A stretch of 64,000 bases of DNA, taken from NCBI GenBank assembly GCA_028717245.1, contig JAQUOD010000002.1:12772-76771 (forward strand). Reading direction: 5' to 3'. The position numbers and the translations under genes were made by a program. The DNA comes from Candidatus Omnitrophota bacterium (lineage in GTDB: Bacteria; Omnitrophota; Gorgyraeia; Gygaellales; Profunditerraquicolaceae). The notes under the pieces were generated by a model that saw nothing but the letters and a program-made list of their open reading frames with translations, did no database searches and was not told where the DNA came from. Shown piece by piece: positions 10,901-21,300 of the stretch. Within the stretch, counting starts at the first letter, position 1. Each line of letters starts with the position of its first letter.

Positions 10901-11105
10901 CCGTCGGTATGGCGATACGCCTTTCTACTTCAGAGGCGGGGATTCCTCCGCGCACATCAATATTGATAGTAATGTCGCCGAATGAGGTATTCGGCATCAT
11001 CTCCACGGGAAGCAGCCGCAAGGCGATTATGCCGATTAGGGCTACGGCAATAAAAAACATGGATACTGCAGTCGGCCTTCTTACGGATAAACTAGGCAGG
11101 CTCAT
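7962..11105 (-). CDS. RND efflux permease (AcrB/MdtC-like), 1047 aa
   Basis: MSLPSLSVRRPTAV start, 12-TM RND topology. Confidence 0.9.
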   Translation of the reverse strand: MSLPSLSVRRPTAVSMFFIAVALIGIIALRLLPVEMMPNTSFGDITINIDVRGGIPASEVERRIAIPTEEAVSSVSHLKNTLSISKEGNATVILEFEPGTNMDFAALEVREKFNRIRNKLPPEIEKPIIAKYEYMDVPIMILAVTSDIRSPEELRKIVDEKIKDRIQRIEGVARAEVAGGRERKILVEVDQYKLQAYGLAINRVVDTININNANLLAGEIKRVKDKYLVRTIGEFQNLDEIRDLAIATTKEGSVVRLRDVAEIKDSYLEPVAYARLNAQPVVSIYVQKESTANTVKISNLINKELKKLRPILEKDINVTPTFNQAETIQQAVNQVQRSLGIGAVLAFLILFVFLRSLNINLIIAVSIPLSILCTFSLMFFSKLTLNVMTLSGLALGVGMLVDCAIVVLDNILKKRDALLNDKDKLAQIFLENKAKETVKELAISGADEMFLAITASTFTTIIIFLPLVFINPEIRMLYSGIALTITYSLLASLLAALTLVPMLAARLKIKVPAAQTEDALTSQTKIPAAQPLPLFVAGKFETFYKKAVSVCLSLRYIIILLVILGSLYALREYKKLEKEFIGIAEQNKFTIFIELPTGTKLEISDKVVAQVEKYISGLPQIKNATSKVEPWSSKIYVELLPLSKRKKPTAQIINELRPFTDNLDPAFIYYEESEEIGTKEILIELYGYDYDVLKGLAVETAQRMQSIPDFTDTKIRMREGRPEMHLNINKRQAAMSGMSVEDIALALHTYMRGLVATRYGGKDKTEGEETETIVRLEEKYRRNFEDLRRIGLINYKGEQIYLSQVADLKSGIGPSEIWRKNKARMVQVSANTGGLALGTAADKVKEALKESKFPNDYFWQFGGNYDKMIRNQRELGFALILSLILVYMILASLFESFSQPFIILMTVPLAAIGAVIALRLADIPVGTGVLIGAIMLGGIVVNNAIVLVDRVNFLRRKHPVDYPTKKGIQEAMVIASYDRLRPIMMTSLTTILGLIPMALDKSESSSLWSPLAITVIGGLTLSTFLTLFVIPCIYLAFKDLQLIREVL

Positions 11106-14100
11106 ATTAATTCATACCATCTTCCCGGCCCCAGCGGCCCCCGGGCTTTAATCAGGCCGTTATCTGCCAACTCTTTTAAATCCCTGGCGGCAGTGGGCAC
11201 GGAGACTTTAAACATCCGCGCGTATTCCTTACGGGTGATTTTCTTAATCTCTTTTAGTTTTATCAAGAGTTCTTGCTGGCGCACGTTTAATTCCCGTTTC
11301 TCAAGGGGAATCTTGGCTTGAGGTTCTACGGCTTCCTCGGGAATTGGCAGAGCAATAGGTTTAATCACCGCAGGCATAGCGGGCGCGGGTAATTTTATTT
11401 CTAAACTGGGCCGGGGGGGAGGAATAATCGGTTCGGGTTCAGGTTTAATTTCTTCGCGCGCAATCTTTATTTCTGGCAGTGGCGGCGGGGTCTCAAAATA
11501 GCCATGCGCCATAAGATATAAAGCCGGGATAAAAACCAGGGTCAAGAATGTCGCTGAAGTTAATCCGCCCATTACGGTAATGGCCAGAGGCGCTTGTAGT
11601 TCTGCGCCTTCTCCGATACCCAGCGCTAATGGCAAGAGCCCTAAGATGGTGGTCAGCGAGGTCATCAGAATCGGCCGCAGCCGATTTTTGCTTGCTTCTA
11701 CCACGGCATCATAAGCAGAATACCCTTGTTTTCTTAAAACATTCACCAAATCAATTAAGACAATGCCGTTATTGACGGCAATCCCGCCTAACATAATAAT
11801 GCCTAAATAGGCCACTGAACTTAAAGGCGTGCGGGTAATAGATAGGGCAAAAGCAACACCGATAAGCGAGAGGGGTATAGTGAACATAATTAAAAAAGGC
11901 TGCCATAAAGACTCAAACTCCCCGGCCATAATCATATAGACTAAAATAAAAGCCAAGGCCATGGCAAAGGCCAGGCTATGGAACGATTCCTTCATCCTCT
12001 GCTGCTCGCCGACTAATTCCAGAGAATAATCTTTAGATACCTTGGCGCCCGCAGAACGGATGATTTTATTTATTTCATTGATTATCTGATTAAAATTGCG
12101 GCCGTAAGTATTGGCGGTTAGGATTATATTCCTTTGCTGGTCAACCCGTTTTATTTCCGTGGGCCCTTTGCCTTTAGTTAAATAAGCCACATCAGATAAG
12201 GAGACATCCATCCCCAATGGCGAGTGAATTAAAAGCCTCCTTAAATTACCTAAGTCACTCCTGTCTTCGGGCCTCAGGCGCACGCGGATATCCACATCCT
12301 CCTGCCCTTGTTTTTCCTTAAACTTAGTAGCCACATAACCCTTGAGGGCGACCTGCGCAGTGACGGCGATATCGCGCACAGAAAGGCCGTAGAGCGAGGC
12401 CTTATCCTTAAGGACATGCAGTTTTGTTTCCGGGCTGGGAGCGGGCATATTACTTTTTATTCCGTAAACGCCGCTAATCTTACTCATTTTAGATTGCAAA
12501 GAGGAGGAGATTTCTATTAATTTATTCAGGTCCGCGCCTTTTATCTCGACGGCAATAGGCGCTCCCTGCTCTAAGGCAGTGCCAAAAGAAGTCTCCTGGG
12601 CAACATATTCTATTTCCGCACCTTCTAAATCCTGTTTTTCCAGCTTATTTTTTAGATACTGGATGACTTCATCGGTGGAGCGCAGGGTATTGAACGCCCG
12701 GGATTTCTTTTTAAGATTCACCATAATCTGGGCCTGATGGCTGCCTAAGGTTTGCAGGGAAGTTGTTTCTGCGGAAGTCCTTTCTGCGCTGGAGCCGATA
12801 TTTACGGTTACATCTTTAGTTTCCGGAAGTTTTAGCAATGAGCCTTCAATTTTTTTTACCACGCTGTCGGTTATCTCTAAGCGCGTGCCCGGGGCGAGCT
12901 CTACTTTAATAATAAATTGACGTTGGTCAACGCGGGGGAGAAACTGCCTTTGCGTCCAGAAGAGGATGACGAACATACTGATAAAAAAAAGCAGAAGGAC
13001 TATGCCGATGACTTTCCCCTTTTGGTGAAGCATGTTAGCGATGAATTTTCCGTAAGCAGATTGCAGGCGCTGGAATTTTTCCTGTATCAGTTTGGTTTTA
13101 TCAACGAGGGCTGTTTCCAGGGATTGTAGCAGCGCCAGAGATTGGGATTTTCTGCGCCGGCCCAAAGAAATTAATACCGGCACTAAAGACAGCGCCACAA
13201 TGATGGAGACGATGAGGGAAAAAGTAATGGTCAGGGAGAGCTGTTTAAAAATCTGGCCCACAACCCCCAGCACAAAAGCAAAAGGTAAGAATACTGCCAC
13301 GGTAGTCAGGGTTGAGCCGATGATGGGGCCGACCATCTCCTGCGTCCCGTCAATACAGGCCTGTATGGGATTCTTCTGCATTTGGCGGTGCCGGAAGATA
13401 TTCTCGATGACCACAATAGAGTTATCCACAAGCATGCCTACTCCCAGAGCCAGCCCGCCTAAGGACATCATATTCAGGTTAATGTTGCTGAAATACATCA
13501 GGCAGAAGGTAGCCATGATAGAAATAGGTATAGAGAAGGTGATGACGCCGGAAGACTTGAATTCCCAGAGGAAAAAGAAGAGCACTAGAAATGCCAGGAA
13601 CGCTCCTTGCACAGCGGCATCGCGCACATTGCTGATCGCCTCCTGGATAAACTGCGATTGGTCATAGGTCACCTGGATCTTTATGCCCTGGGGTAATTTT
13701 TCAGCCAGTAACTTTTGAATTTCTTTTTTTACCCCCTTGACTACATTCAGGGTATTGGTCCCGGATTGTTTTCTGATGACTAAGGATACGCTGTCTTTTC
13801 CGTTATAGCGGGAGATGCTGGTTTTTTCTTTGATGGTGTCTTCTACCTTGGCGATGTCCTTAAGATAGACCAGGCGCCGGCCTTGTTTTTCCTTCTTTTC
13901 TTTTTCTTCCTGCGTCTTGGCTTCTTCTTCGGGCAGGTCCAGGGCAGTAGGGGTCTCCTGGATTTCCGTTACCTTTTGATATTCGCCCATGGTGCGGATA
14001 AGGTATTCATAAAAACTTTCTTTGATGGTCCCCGCCGGATAATTGATGTTTGCCGCCCTGAGGCTATCCACGACGGAGACTATGGGTATCTGCGAAGCGC

Positions 14101-14677
14101 GCAGGCGCGGCTGGTCAATCTCTACCAGGATTTCGCGTTCGTCTCCTCCGGTAATGGTGGCTGAAGCCACGCCTTCTGTTTTTTCAATGGAGTCCTTGAT
14201 ATATTTGCGGCAGATTTCGCGTAACTCTAAAGGAGGCAGGCCCCCGGTAACTGCCAGGTTCATAATCGGCAGGTCAAAAGGGTTATACTTCATGACAATG
14301 GGTTCCTGGGATTCGCGGGGGAGTTTTTCTTTTACCAGGTCTATTTTTTCGCGCACGTTTAAGGCGGCGAAATCCATATTCGTGCCCCAGTTGAATTCCG
14401 CCATCACCAGCGACAGGCCTTCTTTAGAAATGGAGCTTATCCTTTTGACATTATTGACCGTGCCGACAGCTTCCTCAATACTTTTGGTAATCAGGCTTTC
14501 AATTTCTTCGGGAGCGGCATTTTCATAGGCAGTAACTACGGTGATCTGCGGATAGGTGATAGAGGGGAAGAGCTCCTGGGGAAGCCTGCCCCAGGAGATA
14601 AAGCCTAAAAGCACGATGGCCGTAAAAATCATGATGGTGGTAATGGGCCGGTTTACGGAGAGCTTAGGGATATTCAT
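11102..14677 (-). CDS. RND efflux permease (AcrB/MdtB-like) with ~150-aa C-terminal Pro-rich linker + winged-HTH-like tail
   Basis: MNIPKLSVNRPITT RND core; C-terminus ...ITRKEYARMFKVSVPTAARDLKELADNGLIKARGPLGPGRWYELI resembles Fic/DeoR-type wHTH. Confidence 0.85.
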   Translation of the reverse strand: MNIPKLSVNRPITTIMIFTAIVLLGFISWGRLPQELFPSITYPQITVVTAYENAAPEEIESLITKSIEEAVGTVNNVKRISSISKEGLSLVMAEFNWGTNMDFAALNVREKIDLVKEKLPRESQEPIVMKYNPFDLPIMNLAVTGGLPPLELREICRKYIKDSIEKTEGVASATITGGDEREILVEIDQPRLRASQIPIVSVVDSLRAANINYPAGTIKESFYEYLIRTMGEYQKVTEIQETPTALDLPEEEAKTQEEKEKKEKQGRRLVYLKDIAKVEDTIKEKTSISRYNGKDSVSLVIRKQSGTNTLNVVKGVKKEIQKLLAEKLPQGIKIQVTYDQSQFIQEAISNVRDAAVQGAFLAFLVLFFFLWEFKSSGVITFSIPISIMATFCLMYFSNINLNMMSLGGLALGVGMLVDNSIVVIENIFRHRQMQKNPIQACIDGTQEMVGPIIGSTLTTVAVFLPFAFVLGVVGQIFKQLSLTITFSLIVSIIVALSLVPVLISLGRRRKSQSLALLQSLETALVDKTKLIQEKFQRLQSAYGKFIANMLHQKGKVIGIVLLLFFISMFVILFWTQRQFLPRVDQRQFIIKVELAPGTRLEITDSVVKKIEGSLLKLPETKDVTVNIGSSAERTSAETTSLQTLGSHQAQIMVNLKKKSRAFNTLRSTDEVIQYLKNKLEKQDLEGAEIEYVAQETSFGTALEQGAPIAVEIKGADLNKLIEISSSLQSKMSKISGVYGIKSNMPAPSPETKLHVLKDKASLYGLSVRDIAVTAQVALKGYVATKFKEKQGQEDVDIRVRLRPEDRSDLGNLRRLLIHSPLGMDVSLSDVAYLTKGKGPTEIKRVDQQRNIILTANTYGRNFNQIINEINKIIRSAGAKVSKDYSLELVGEQQRMKESFHSLAFAMALAFILVYMIMAGEFESLWQPFLIMFTIPLSLIGVAFALSITRTPLSSVAYLGIIMLGGIAVNNGIVLIDLVNVLRKQGYSAYDAVVEASKNRLRPILMTSLTTILGLLPLALGIGEGAELQAPLAITVMGGLTSATFLTLVFIPALYLMAHGYFETPPPLPEIKIAREEIKPEPEPIIPPPRPSLEIKLPAPAMPAVIKPIALPIPEEAVEPQAKIPLEKRELNVRQQELLIKLKEIKKITRKEYARMFKVSVPTAARDLKELADNGLIKARGPLGPGRWYELI

Positions 14678-15894
14678 AGTTCTTTAATCCATTTCAGGTA
14701 TGTATCTAAAGAACATACTGAGGCGTCTTTTGTTAACAGCCCATCCTCATCGCTCAGGCAAATTATTTTACCGGGCTTGACAGCCAACTTTGAGAATATC
14801 TTTTTAAATCTTTCTATGGGTTTAGCCATATTGGTGTTTGGGGATTTGCTCATTTTAATTTCTAAGGGAAAAAGTTGCATATTTTTTTCTATAATAAGGT
14901 CCACTTCCACGTCGTTATGCGTGCGTAGGTAAAATATATTCGGTCTCCTGCCTTGGTTAAAAAAACATTTTATTGTCTCCTGAATTATATAGTTTTCAAA
15001 AAGCGCCCCGGCCATTGGCCCGTTTAAGAGATGTCTGCTATCCCTTATGCCGGTTAGATAACAGACTATGCCGGAATCTAAAAAATATACTTTTGGGGCC
15101 TTGGTTATGCGTTTGCCCAAATTCCTGTAATATGGGTTTAAGAGATATATCAGGTGGCTTGCTTCTAAAACAGAAATCCATTTTTTGATTGTATTTATGG
15201 AAACCCCTAATTCCGTGGCCAGACTATTGAGGTTTAGGACTTGAGAGCAGCGCGTTGCCAATAACTGCAGGAATTTATGGAATTCCCTGAGGCTGCCTAT
15301 CATATAAGTAGAGCGCACGTCTCTTTCTAAGTATGTCTCAAGATAACTGCCATACCAGGTTTCGAAATCTATCTTTGGGCGTACGCTTATTTCAGGAAAG
15401 GAGCCGCGCAGGCACGCATCGGTAAAAAACTGTTGCGGGCTGCTTATCTTTTCTCTCTGCGCGGGCATATGCCCTTTTTCTTCTTTACTAAAAGGTAATA
15501 AGGTTAAAAGAGCGATCCTACCAGCCAAAGTATCCCCTAAATTTTTAATCAGATTAAATTGCTGTGAACCCGTGAGGATAAAGCGCCCCCGTTTATTGCG
15601 GTTGCGGTCTATAGCTATTTTTAAGTAAGATAATATTTCAGGGACATATTGTATCTCGTCGAATACCACGGGCTCGCGGATATTATCCAGGAATAATCGC
15701 GGGTCCAATACAGCTTTTTGACGAGTTAAGGGGTCATCCAGAGAAATAAAGTGGTGGGTCCTTGCAAATAACTTCTTAAGGAGCGTGGATTTTCCTGACT
15801 GCCGTGGGCCGGTTATACCGATTGCGGGGAATTGCTTGGCGATAGCCTTAAGCGATGGCTCTATCTGCCGGTGTACATAAATATCTTTAGCCAT
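14674..15894 (-). CDS. AAA family ATPase (AAA_14 + DUF4143-like)
   Basis: Walker A GPRQSGKST; stop overlaps start of RND gene. Confidence 0.75.
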   Translation of the reverse strand: MAKDIYVHRQIEPSLKAIAKQFPAIGITGPRQSGKSTLLKKLFARTHHFISLDDPLTRQKAVLDPRLFLDNIREPVVFDEIQYVPEILSYLKIAIDRNRNKRGRFILTGSQQFNLIKNLGDTLAGRIALLTLLPFSKEEKGHMPAQREKISSPQQFFTDACLRGSFPEISVRPKIDFETWYGSYLETYLERDVRSTYMIGSLREFHKFLQLLATRCSQVLNLNSLATELGVSINTIKKWISVLEASHLIYLLNPYYRNLGKRITKAPKVYFLDSGIVCYLTGIRDSRHLLNGPMAGALFENYIIQETIKCFFNQGRRPNIFYLRTHNDVEVDLIIEKNMQLFPLEIKMSKSPNTNMAKPIERFKKIFSKLAVKPGKIICLSDEDGLLTKDASVCSLDTYLKWIKEL

Positions 15895-15987
15895 AGCTGT
15901 TTATATAACATATCTTGGATTCATTGTCAAGACAATTTTGCATTTATAATGCAAATTTGTCTTATAGAATTTATTTTGTGATAAAAA

Positions 15988-16063
15988 GGGCGGCTTCTAT
16001 CTTGAGAGGGGGACACTGTCTTGATTAGGTGGGAAACTGTCTGTGATAAAGGGGACGGTTCTA
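15988..16063. repeat. REP-like element, left flank of transposase: ~56-bp unit plus 18-bp terminal repeat ATAAAGGGGACGGTTCTA
   Basis: 18-mer reverse-complemented at 16797-16814; the 56-bp unit recurs in direct orientation at 16836-16892. Confidence 0.65.
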
Positions 16064-16064
16064 A

Positions 16065-16739
16065 TTATTTACCTTTTGGTGGCCTGCCCCTGTCTTCTCT
16101 CCTGTTTTTTATATTATAATATGCCTGCAGTTTATTGATAAAAGCTTGACTGCCGATATAAAGCCTTTTCTCGAGCATACCCGGATTTATTATACTGTTA
16201 TCTACAACAAAATCAACATATTGCTTTTGTCTCGATGTGGCGGAATCAGATAAACCCAGATAGGCCGGGCTCGGGGTAATGAGCGTGTCGGGCTTGCCTT
16301 TTGCATAGAAATTATAGCTGGAAAAGGGATAGTCGCCAGGATGGCTGACAATACCAACTCTCACCGGGTTCAGTTCAATATATTTTCCGCATTGAAGCAG
16401 ATACGAATCCAACTCAATAATATTGCTCTTAAACCTATCCTGCCAAAAGTGCCCAAAATATCCGTAACGTTTTCGGTAATAATGGAAATAGGTTAAGTTT
16501 ACCTGTTTCATGAATCTCGATACCTTGCTTTCAAGGTTAAGGCGCAGGATGATATGCAGGTGGTTATCCATCAGACAGTAGTGCAGGATATCTATTCTAT
16601 TTTCATCCTTTATTTCCTCTAGCAGTGCATAGTATCTTAATTTGTCGTTATCGCTATGAAAAACATTATTCCTGTTGTTGCCTCTACATATAACATGCAT
16701 GGCTGCATTGATTAAGGTTATCCTTTTATACCGCGGCAT
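16065..16739 (-). CDS. Y1 HUH transposase, IS200/IS605-TnpA or REP-associated tyrosine transposase (RAYT)-like
   Basis: HUH motif NHLHIIL, downstream Tyr-containing YIELNPVR; GAAGGAGG RBS; flanked by inverted REP-like repeats. Confidence 0.75.
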   Translation of the reverse strand: MPRYKRITLINAAMHVICRGNNRNNVFHSDNDKLRYYALLEEIKDENRIDILHYCLMDNHLHIILRLNLESKVSRFMKQVNLTYFHYYRKRYGYFGHFWQDRFKSNIIELDSYLLQCGKYIELNPVRVGIVSHPGDYPFSSYNFYAKGKPDTLITPSPAYLGLSDSATSRQKQYVDFVVDNSIINPGMLEKRLYIGSQAFINKLQAYYNIKNRREDRGRPPKGK

Positions 16740-16796
16740 AAAAAATCCTCCTTCTACTATAATTGACGTAAAAGGAGGGAGAATCTAACTAAAAAA

Positions 16797-16892
16797 TAGA
16801 ACCGTCCCCTTTATTGCCCTTTATTGCCGCATTTAGGGCAGCTTCTATCTTAAGTTGAAGGGTACTGTCTTGATTGAATGGAAAGTGTCTAG
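16797..16892. repeat. REP-like element, right flank of transposase (inverted 18-mer TAGAACCGTCCCCTTTAT + direct 56-bp unit)
   Basis: see left flank; contains GGAAAGTGTCT motif also at 16031 and 17720. Confidence 0.65.
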
Positions 16893-16899
16893 GGGGTAT

Positions 16900-17613
16900 T
16901 TAAAAATTAAATTTTTTAAGGAACTTAGGAATTTCAGAGTCAACTACATTGCCAAAAAAATTTTTAAGTGTTTCTTGATCCACGAGGGTTAATTCTAAAA
17001 ATGATTTCTGCCATCGAGAAAATTTTATATCTTTCCACCACCACCAAGCCCTGTCAAAAACAATTTTCTGCGTAGCCGTATCTACCAAAGTAAAATTTGA
17101 TATAAAATACGCTTTCGCATACCACATCATTAAAAAAGTCTGTACTACAAACCCATATCCATTTACGTGTGTGTACGTATTTCCGAAAATGTTCTCACTC
17201 GGTGATATAATGATAAGTGCGTCGATTCCTTCTGCTTTTAGATTTTGTATATGAGACCTTAGGCGTTCTAGTGATTGTTTAGGGTTTGATTTATATCCGA
17301 AATTCCCCCGCAAACCTTTTCTTAAATCAGGCCTGATTACTGCATTGAGTCCAGAATGATGTTTTAAATATGTAGCTATTGATTCTTCTATTTTTCTATC
17401 CATTCCAAAAGTAGAAAAATCTTCTTCAAATTGGTCATTATTAAATACTGTTGTTCCTATTTTAACGCCATTAAAATTATCACCCATAATAGAAACAACT
17501 GCAATATTATTAATTGATTGCTTATATTCCGATTTAATAGGCTGACCAAGCGTAACACAACCAGATAAAAAGCAAACGAGGCAAAATATAAGAGAATATC
17601 TATTCATAATCAA
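16900..17613 (-). CDS. lipoprotein (signal peptide + lipobox LSGC), AT-rich
   Basis: MIMNRYSLIFCLVCFLSGC N-terminus; AT-rich relative to flanks. Confidence 0.5.
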   Translation of the reverse strand: MIMNRYSLIFCLVCFLSGCVTLGQPIKSEYKQSINNIAVVSIMGDNFNGVKIGTTVFNNDQFEEDFSTFGMDRKIEESIATYLKHHSGLNAVIRPDLRKGLRGNFGYKSNPKQSLERLRSHIQNLKAEGIDALIIISPSENIFGNTYTHVNGYGFVVQTFLMMWYAKAYFISNFTLVDTATQKIVFDRAWWWWKDIKFSRWQKSFLELTLVDQETLKNFFGNVVDSEIPKFLKKFNF

Positions 17614-17627
17614 GTTATTTGAGTAAA

Positions 17628-17746
17628 TAGGGACAGCTGTCCCTATTAGGATTGTATGGGAAAGCGTCTGGTTTATGCTAAATAAAACAAGACGAGATAT
17701 TTTATTTTCATGTTAGAACGGAAAGTGTCTAGTTTACTGGTTTATG
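17628..17746. repeat. REP-like palindrome TAGGGACAGCTGTCCCTA plus GGAAAG(C/T)GTCT and GGTTTA micro-repeats
   Basis: perfect 18-bp palindrome 17628-17645; motif shared with 16031, 16881, 28606-28680. Confidence 0.55.
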
Positions 17747-17791
17747 TAGTTTATAGTGGTTTAGGTTTAATGGTTTAGTTTACTCGAATCG

Positions 17792-18250
17792 CTATTCTGT
17801 GAATGTATATGTCCAATATTTAATATCTATTTGGGTAATAATGCCGTTTACAAAAGTAATTTTGACCATTCTACCATCTCTTGTGACTGAACCATATACC
17901 CAAATTTCTTTATTATTCTTTCTATCAAATTCCTTAACATCAGGCATTGCTATTATTGCAACCTGTTCATTTGTCATGCCCTTGCAAACCGAGTAATTAC
18001 GGATTGCATTTACTATAGTCTGTTCTAATTCACGATGGTTATTTAAATAATTATTGATGCGCGTATCGATAAGTTTATAATCTACGGCACCTTTATTACC
18101 GAATATTACCTCTTTAACAGGAGGATAGCCACGATAGACAGTAATATAAATAGGCTCTGAATTTAAATTTCTAATGTCTTTAATATATGCGCACCCATTT
18201 AACAATAATATTGCTATTGCATAAATAATAATCAATTGTTTATTATTCAT
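17792..18250 (-). CDS. small lipoprotein (lipobox LNGC) immediately downstream of RHS toxin gene; candidate immunity protein
   Basis: MNNKQLIIIYAIAILLLNGC; AT-rich; toxin-then-immunity gene order. Confidence 0.45.
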   Translation of the reverse strand: MNNKQLIIIYAIAILLLNGCAYIKDIRNLNSEPIYITVYRGYPPVKEVIFGNKGAVDYKLIDTRINNYLNNHRELEQTIVNAIRNYSVCKGMTNEQVAIIAMPDVKEFDRKNNKEIWVYGSVTRDGRMVKITFVNGIITQIDIKYWTYTFTE

Positions 18251-18350
18251 TCCAATTCTTTTAATGAGAAGTAGTTACTTCTCACAATGCCCTCTTTAAA
18301 TTAATAAAATTGTAGAGGCAATAATGAGAATTTTATATGTTAACCCGTCA

Positions 18351-21300
18351 TTAATAAGTTTTATAACCGTGGTAATACTCTAACGTTAAAGCGCCTAATA
18401 TTCCATAAATAGGGGCTGTCAACGGATTGAAGGTTGTAAACATCCCTGCGGAATCAGCCAAATGTGGCGGAACCCAATGAAGAGTAGCCCCAATATCACT
18501 AAATACACTTTGGGCAGTACCTTTTGAATAAAAAGCACTAACTAAATCAAAGTGCCCACCAATATTATTGCCTTGGAGCATCTTGGCTGCTCCTAAAGCA
18601 GTAAGTGTCATCTCACTATGAAGTCTATAGGTGGTTCCAGGATGTCCCAGCATATATTGTGCCAATTGACGGGAAGCCAAACTATTCTTAAATAACAGTT
18701 GCATGCCTCCGCGAATAATATCTGCTGCAACTCCTCTGGATTGGGTATAAATAACTCTACTGCCTGTTTCATTAGCAACCCGTAACGCTTTTTCTGGGGT
18801 GGTCCCTACCCCTTTACCTCGGACAGCCGGATTTCTAACTCCACCTTCCGGATCTTGAATACTAAGCGGATCATGAAAATAACTATTTATTCCTGTTCCA
18901 ACCACTGTCCCAGCAATGCCTCCCACCAGACCACCGGCAAAGCTATCCCAACTGTTAGTAGCACCGGCTACAAATGCTCCGGTTGCCAGCATCCCGACTA
19001 CAAAAGGGGTTCCGATGTTATAAGCTCCCCACCCGCCAAAAGCCCCTAAGGCGCCTCCAATGCCTGCGCCAATCAGGGCGCCTCTCCAGCCGCCTTCCAG
19101 GCCGCCGGTAACTGCACCTCCGGTCATCCCTCCCCAGAAACCCGCAACTGCCCAGGGTAAGCCAGCGCCAGCAGTAACTACAGCTACTACTGCTCCTACA
19201 AATGCCCCGACAATACTCTTCCAAAAGCTTTTCCAGGACCAGTGCCCTGTGGGGTCAATAGCGTTAATAGGATTATTGTTGCAGTAGGAATAACGGTTTA
19301 GTTCCTGGGGGTTATAGGGACGGGCAACCAAGGTATCCGCACTGATAAACCTCCCCACCTGTGGGTCATAATACCGAGCCCCGTAGAAGTAGAGGCCGGT
19401 TGCATCCAGCTCCTTGCCGTTGAACTTGTATTTAGCAGTATCGCTTCCCTGAACCTTAGCAACTCCTCCGTAAGGCTTATAGCTATTGGTCTGGGTGGCT
19501 TTACCTTGACTGTCGCTGATGACGCTGCTTGAGCCGAGATGATCACTGTGGTAGTAATTAGTCGTTAGTCGTTGGCCGTTAGTCGTTAGTGTGCAGACCC
19601 TGTTTGACCCGGCAAAGATGTGTTTGCGGGTTGTGCCGTCGGAATCTATTTCAAAGAGCGAGCCGATGTAGGTGGTCGTTAGTCGCTGGTCGTTAGTCGT
19701 TAGTGTCTTAACGACACGGCCGCCATCGCCATCGTATACGAACGAGGTAATTATACCGCTCTCATTTACCTGGGTCAAGCGGTTCTCAGCGTCATATTGG
19801 TATTGTTCGCTTCCCTTAGAGATTAAATTGCCGTTGGCGTCATAACTAATAACTGTATTGCCGAATTGAGTAGGCGCATGGGGCCTTGCGCCGTATTGGT
19901 AGCCTATGCCTTCCTTCTCTAAAAGGTTACCAATTGAATCATACCTATAATTCAGCGTCCCGTATTCACCGCTTGCCTTAATCAATCTGTCTAAATCATC
20001 ATATTGGAAAGCCTGTGTAGTGTCTTTTACCTTGTCTTCTATTTTAATGATATTGCCTGAATTATCATAGGTATAGCGCAGCTCCTGCAGGACTTCGTTA
20101 TTATTTTGATTCAGAGTGACGATGAGTGAGATTTGCGAGGTATTGGGGAGATAGCGGTAGTAAGTGGTGGTGCCATTGCCGTATTCTATCTTTAAAGTTT
20201 GGCCTGATGCGGCATAATCTATATTTTTTACAAAGACCGTAGAGTCCGTCTGGCTGTAAACCTTCTTGAGCTGGCCTGCTTTATTGTATTCATAGCTGAT
20301 TATTTCCCCGTCAGGATATTTCAGGGAAGTTAATCTGTCTAAAACATCGTAGGTGCGCTCAACGAGATATTGCTGTTCAGGGACAGTCCCCTTGGTTTCA
20401 ATTGAGTTAGATATCTGCGGGGACAGTCCCTTCACTGACTTGATTTCTCTGCCTAAGTTGTCATAGAAGAATTCGGTGGAGCCGGATTGGTCAATGACCT
20501 TGGAGAGCCGGCCGATAGAGTTTTCTTTTGTTAAATCATCGTAGGTATAGGCGGCTAAGGCCTCAGTAACAGCCCCCTGGCTGGGGATGAGCCCCTGTTT
20601 ACGCGTAAGGCGGTTTAGGGCGTCGTATTCAAAAGTAAGGATTTGGCCTTTGGCATCGGTTTGTTTGATTAAATTTCCCACAGCGTCGTATTCATAAGTC
20701 CAGGTTCCCATATCAGGGTCTTGCATTTTTATTTTCCTGCCTAAAGAATCATAAAAGATTTGGCTGGTATTTTTCTGGTTATCCACTACTTTTATCAGGC
20801 TATCCAAAGCATTGTATTCGTAATGGGTGGTATAAACTTCTGCTGCGTTGTATTCTTTTACCTCCACAATCCTGGCATAGGCATCAAAATATTCTTCTTT
20901 TTTATGGTTATTCTCGTCTATATAGGTAACTTTCCAGTCAGAGTAAATAGTTTGGGCATATGTCCCTTCGGGTTTGGTTATTTTAATTAATCTTCCCTTG
21001 GGGTCATAATCAAATTCAAACTTAGCTAAAGCAGTTAAATCGCTCGTATCAGGTTTATCGTTTACTTCAAAAGTATAATAAGCATTATATTTTTCTCGGA
21101 CATTCCCGCGGCTATCAAAGGTTACCCTGCCTGAAACTATTTGACGGGCTTTTTGAATTTGCGGGTCATCTTCTGCCGGAGATTTTATCTGCATAAGCCT
21201 GCCTAAACCGTCGTAAAAAGAGTAGGAGGTAAGATAGTTATTATTCTCGGCTTTTACCTTTTTGGTAACGCGATAAGGCAGGTTAGATAAATCATAATCG

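Noticed and set aside
3638-14528. Numerous plus-strand ORFs inside the minus-strand TCS and RND genes (e.g. 3905-4327, 9694-10107, 13092-13667, 14043-14528)
   Set aside because: They are antisense to genes with unambiguous domain content, and their translations lack any motif.
18268-18285. Palindrome GAGAAGTAGTTACTTCTC downstream of the RHS gene, considered as a terminator
   Set aside because: The hairpin is followed by AUUAAAAG rather than a U-run on the relevant strand. It is not a convincing intrinsic terminator.
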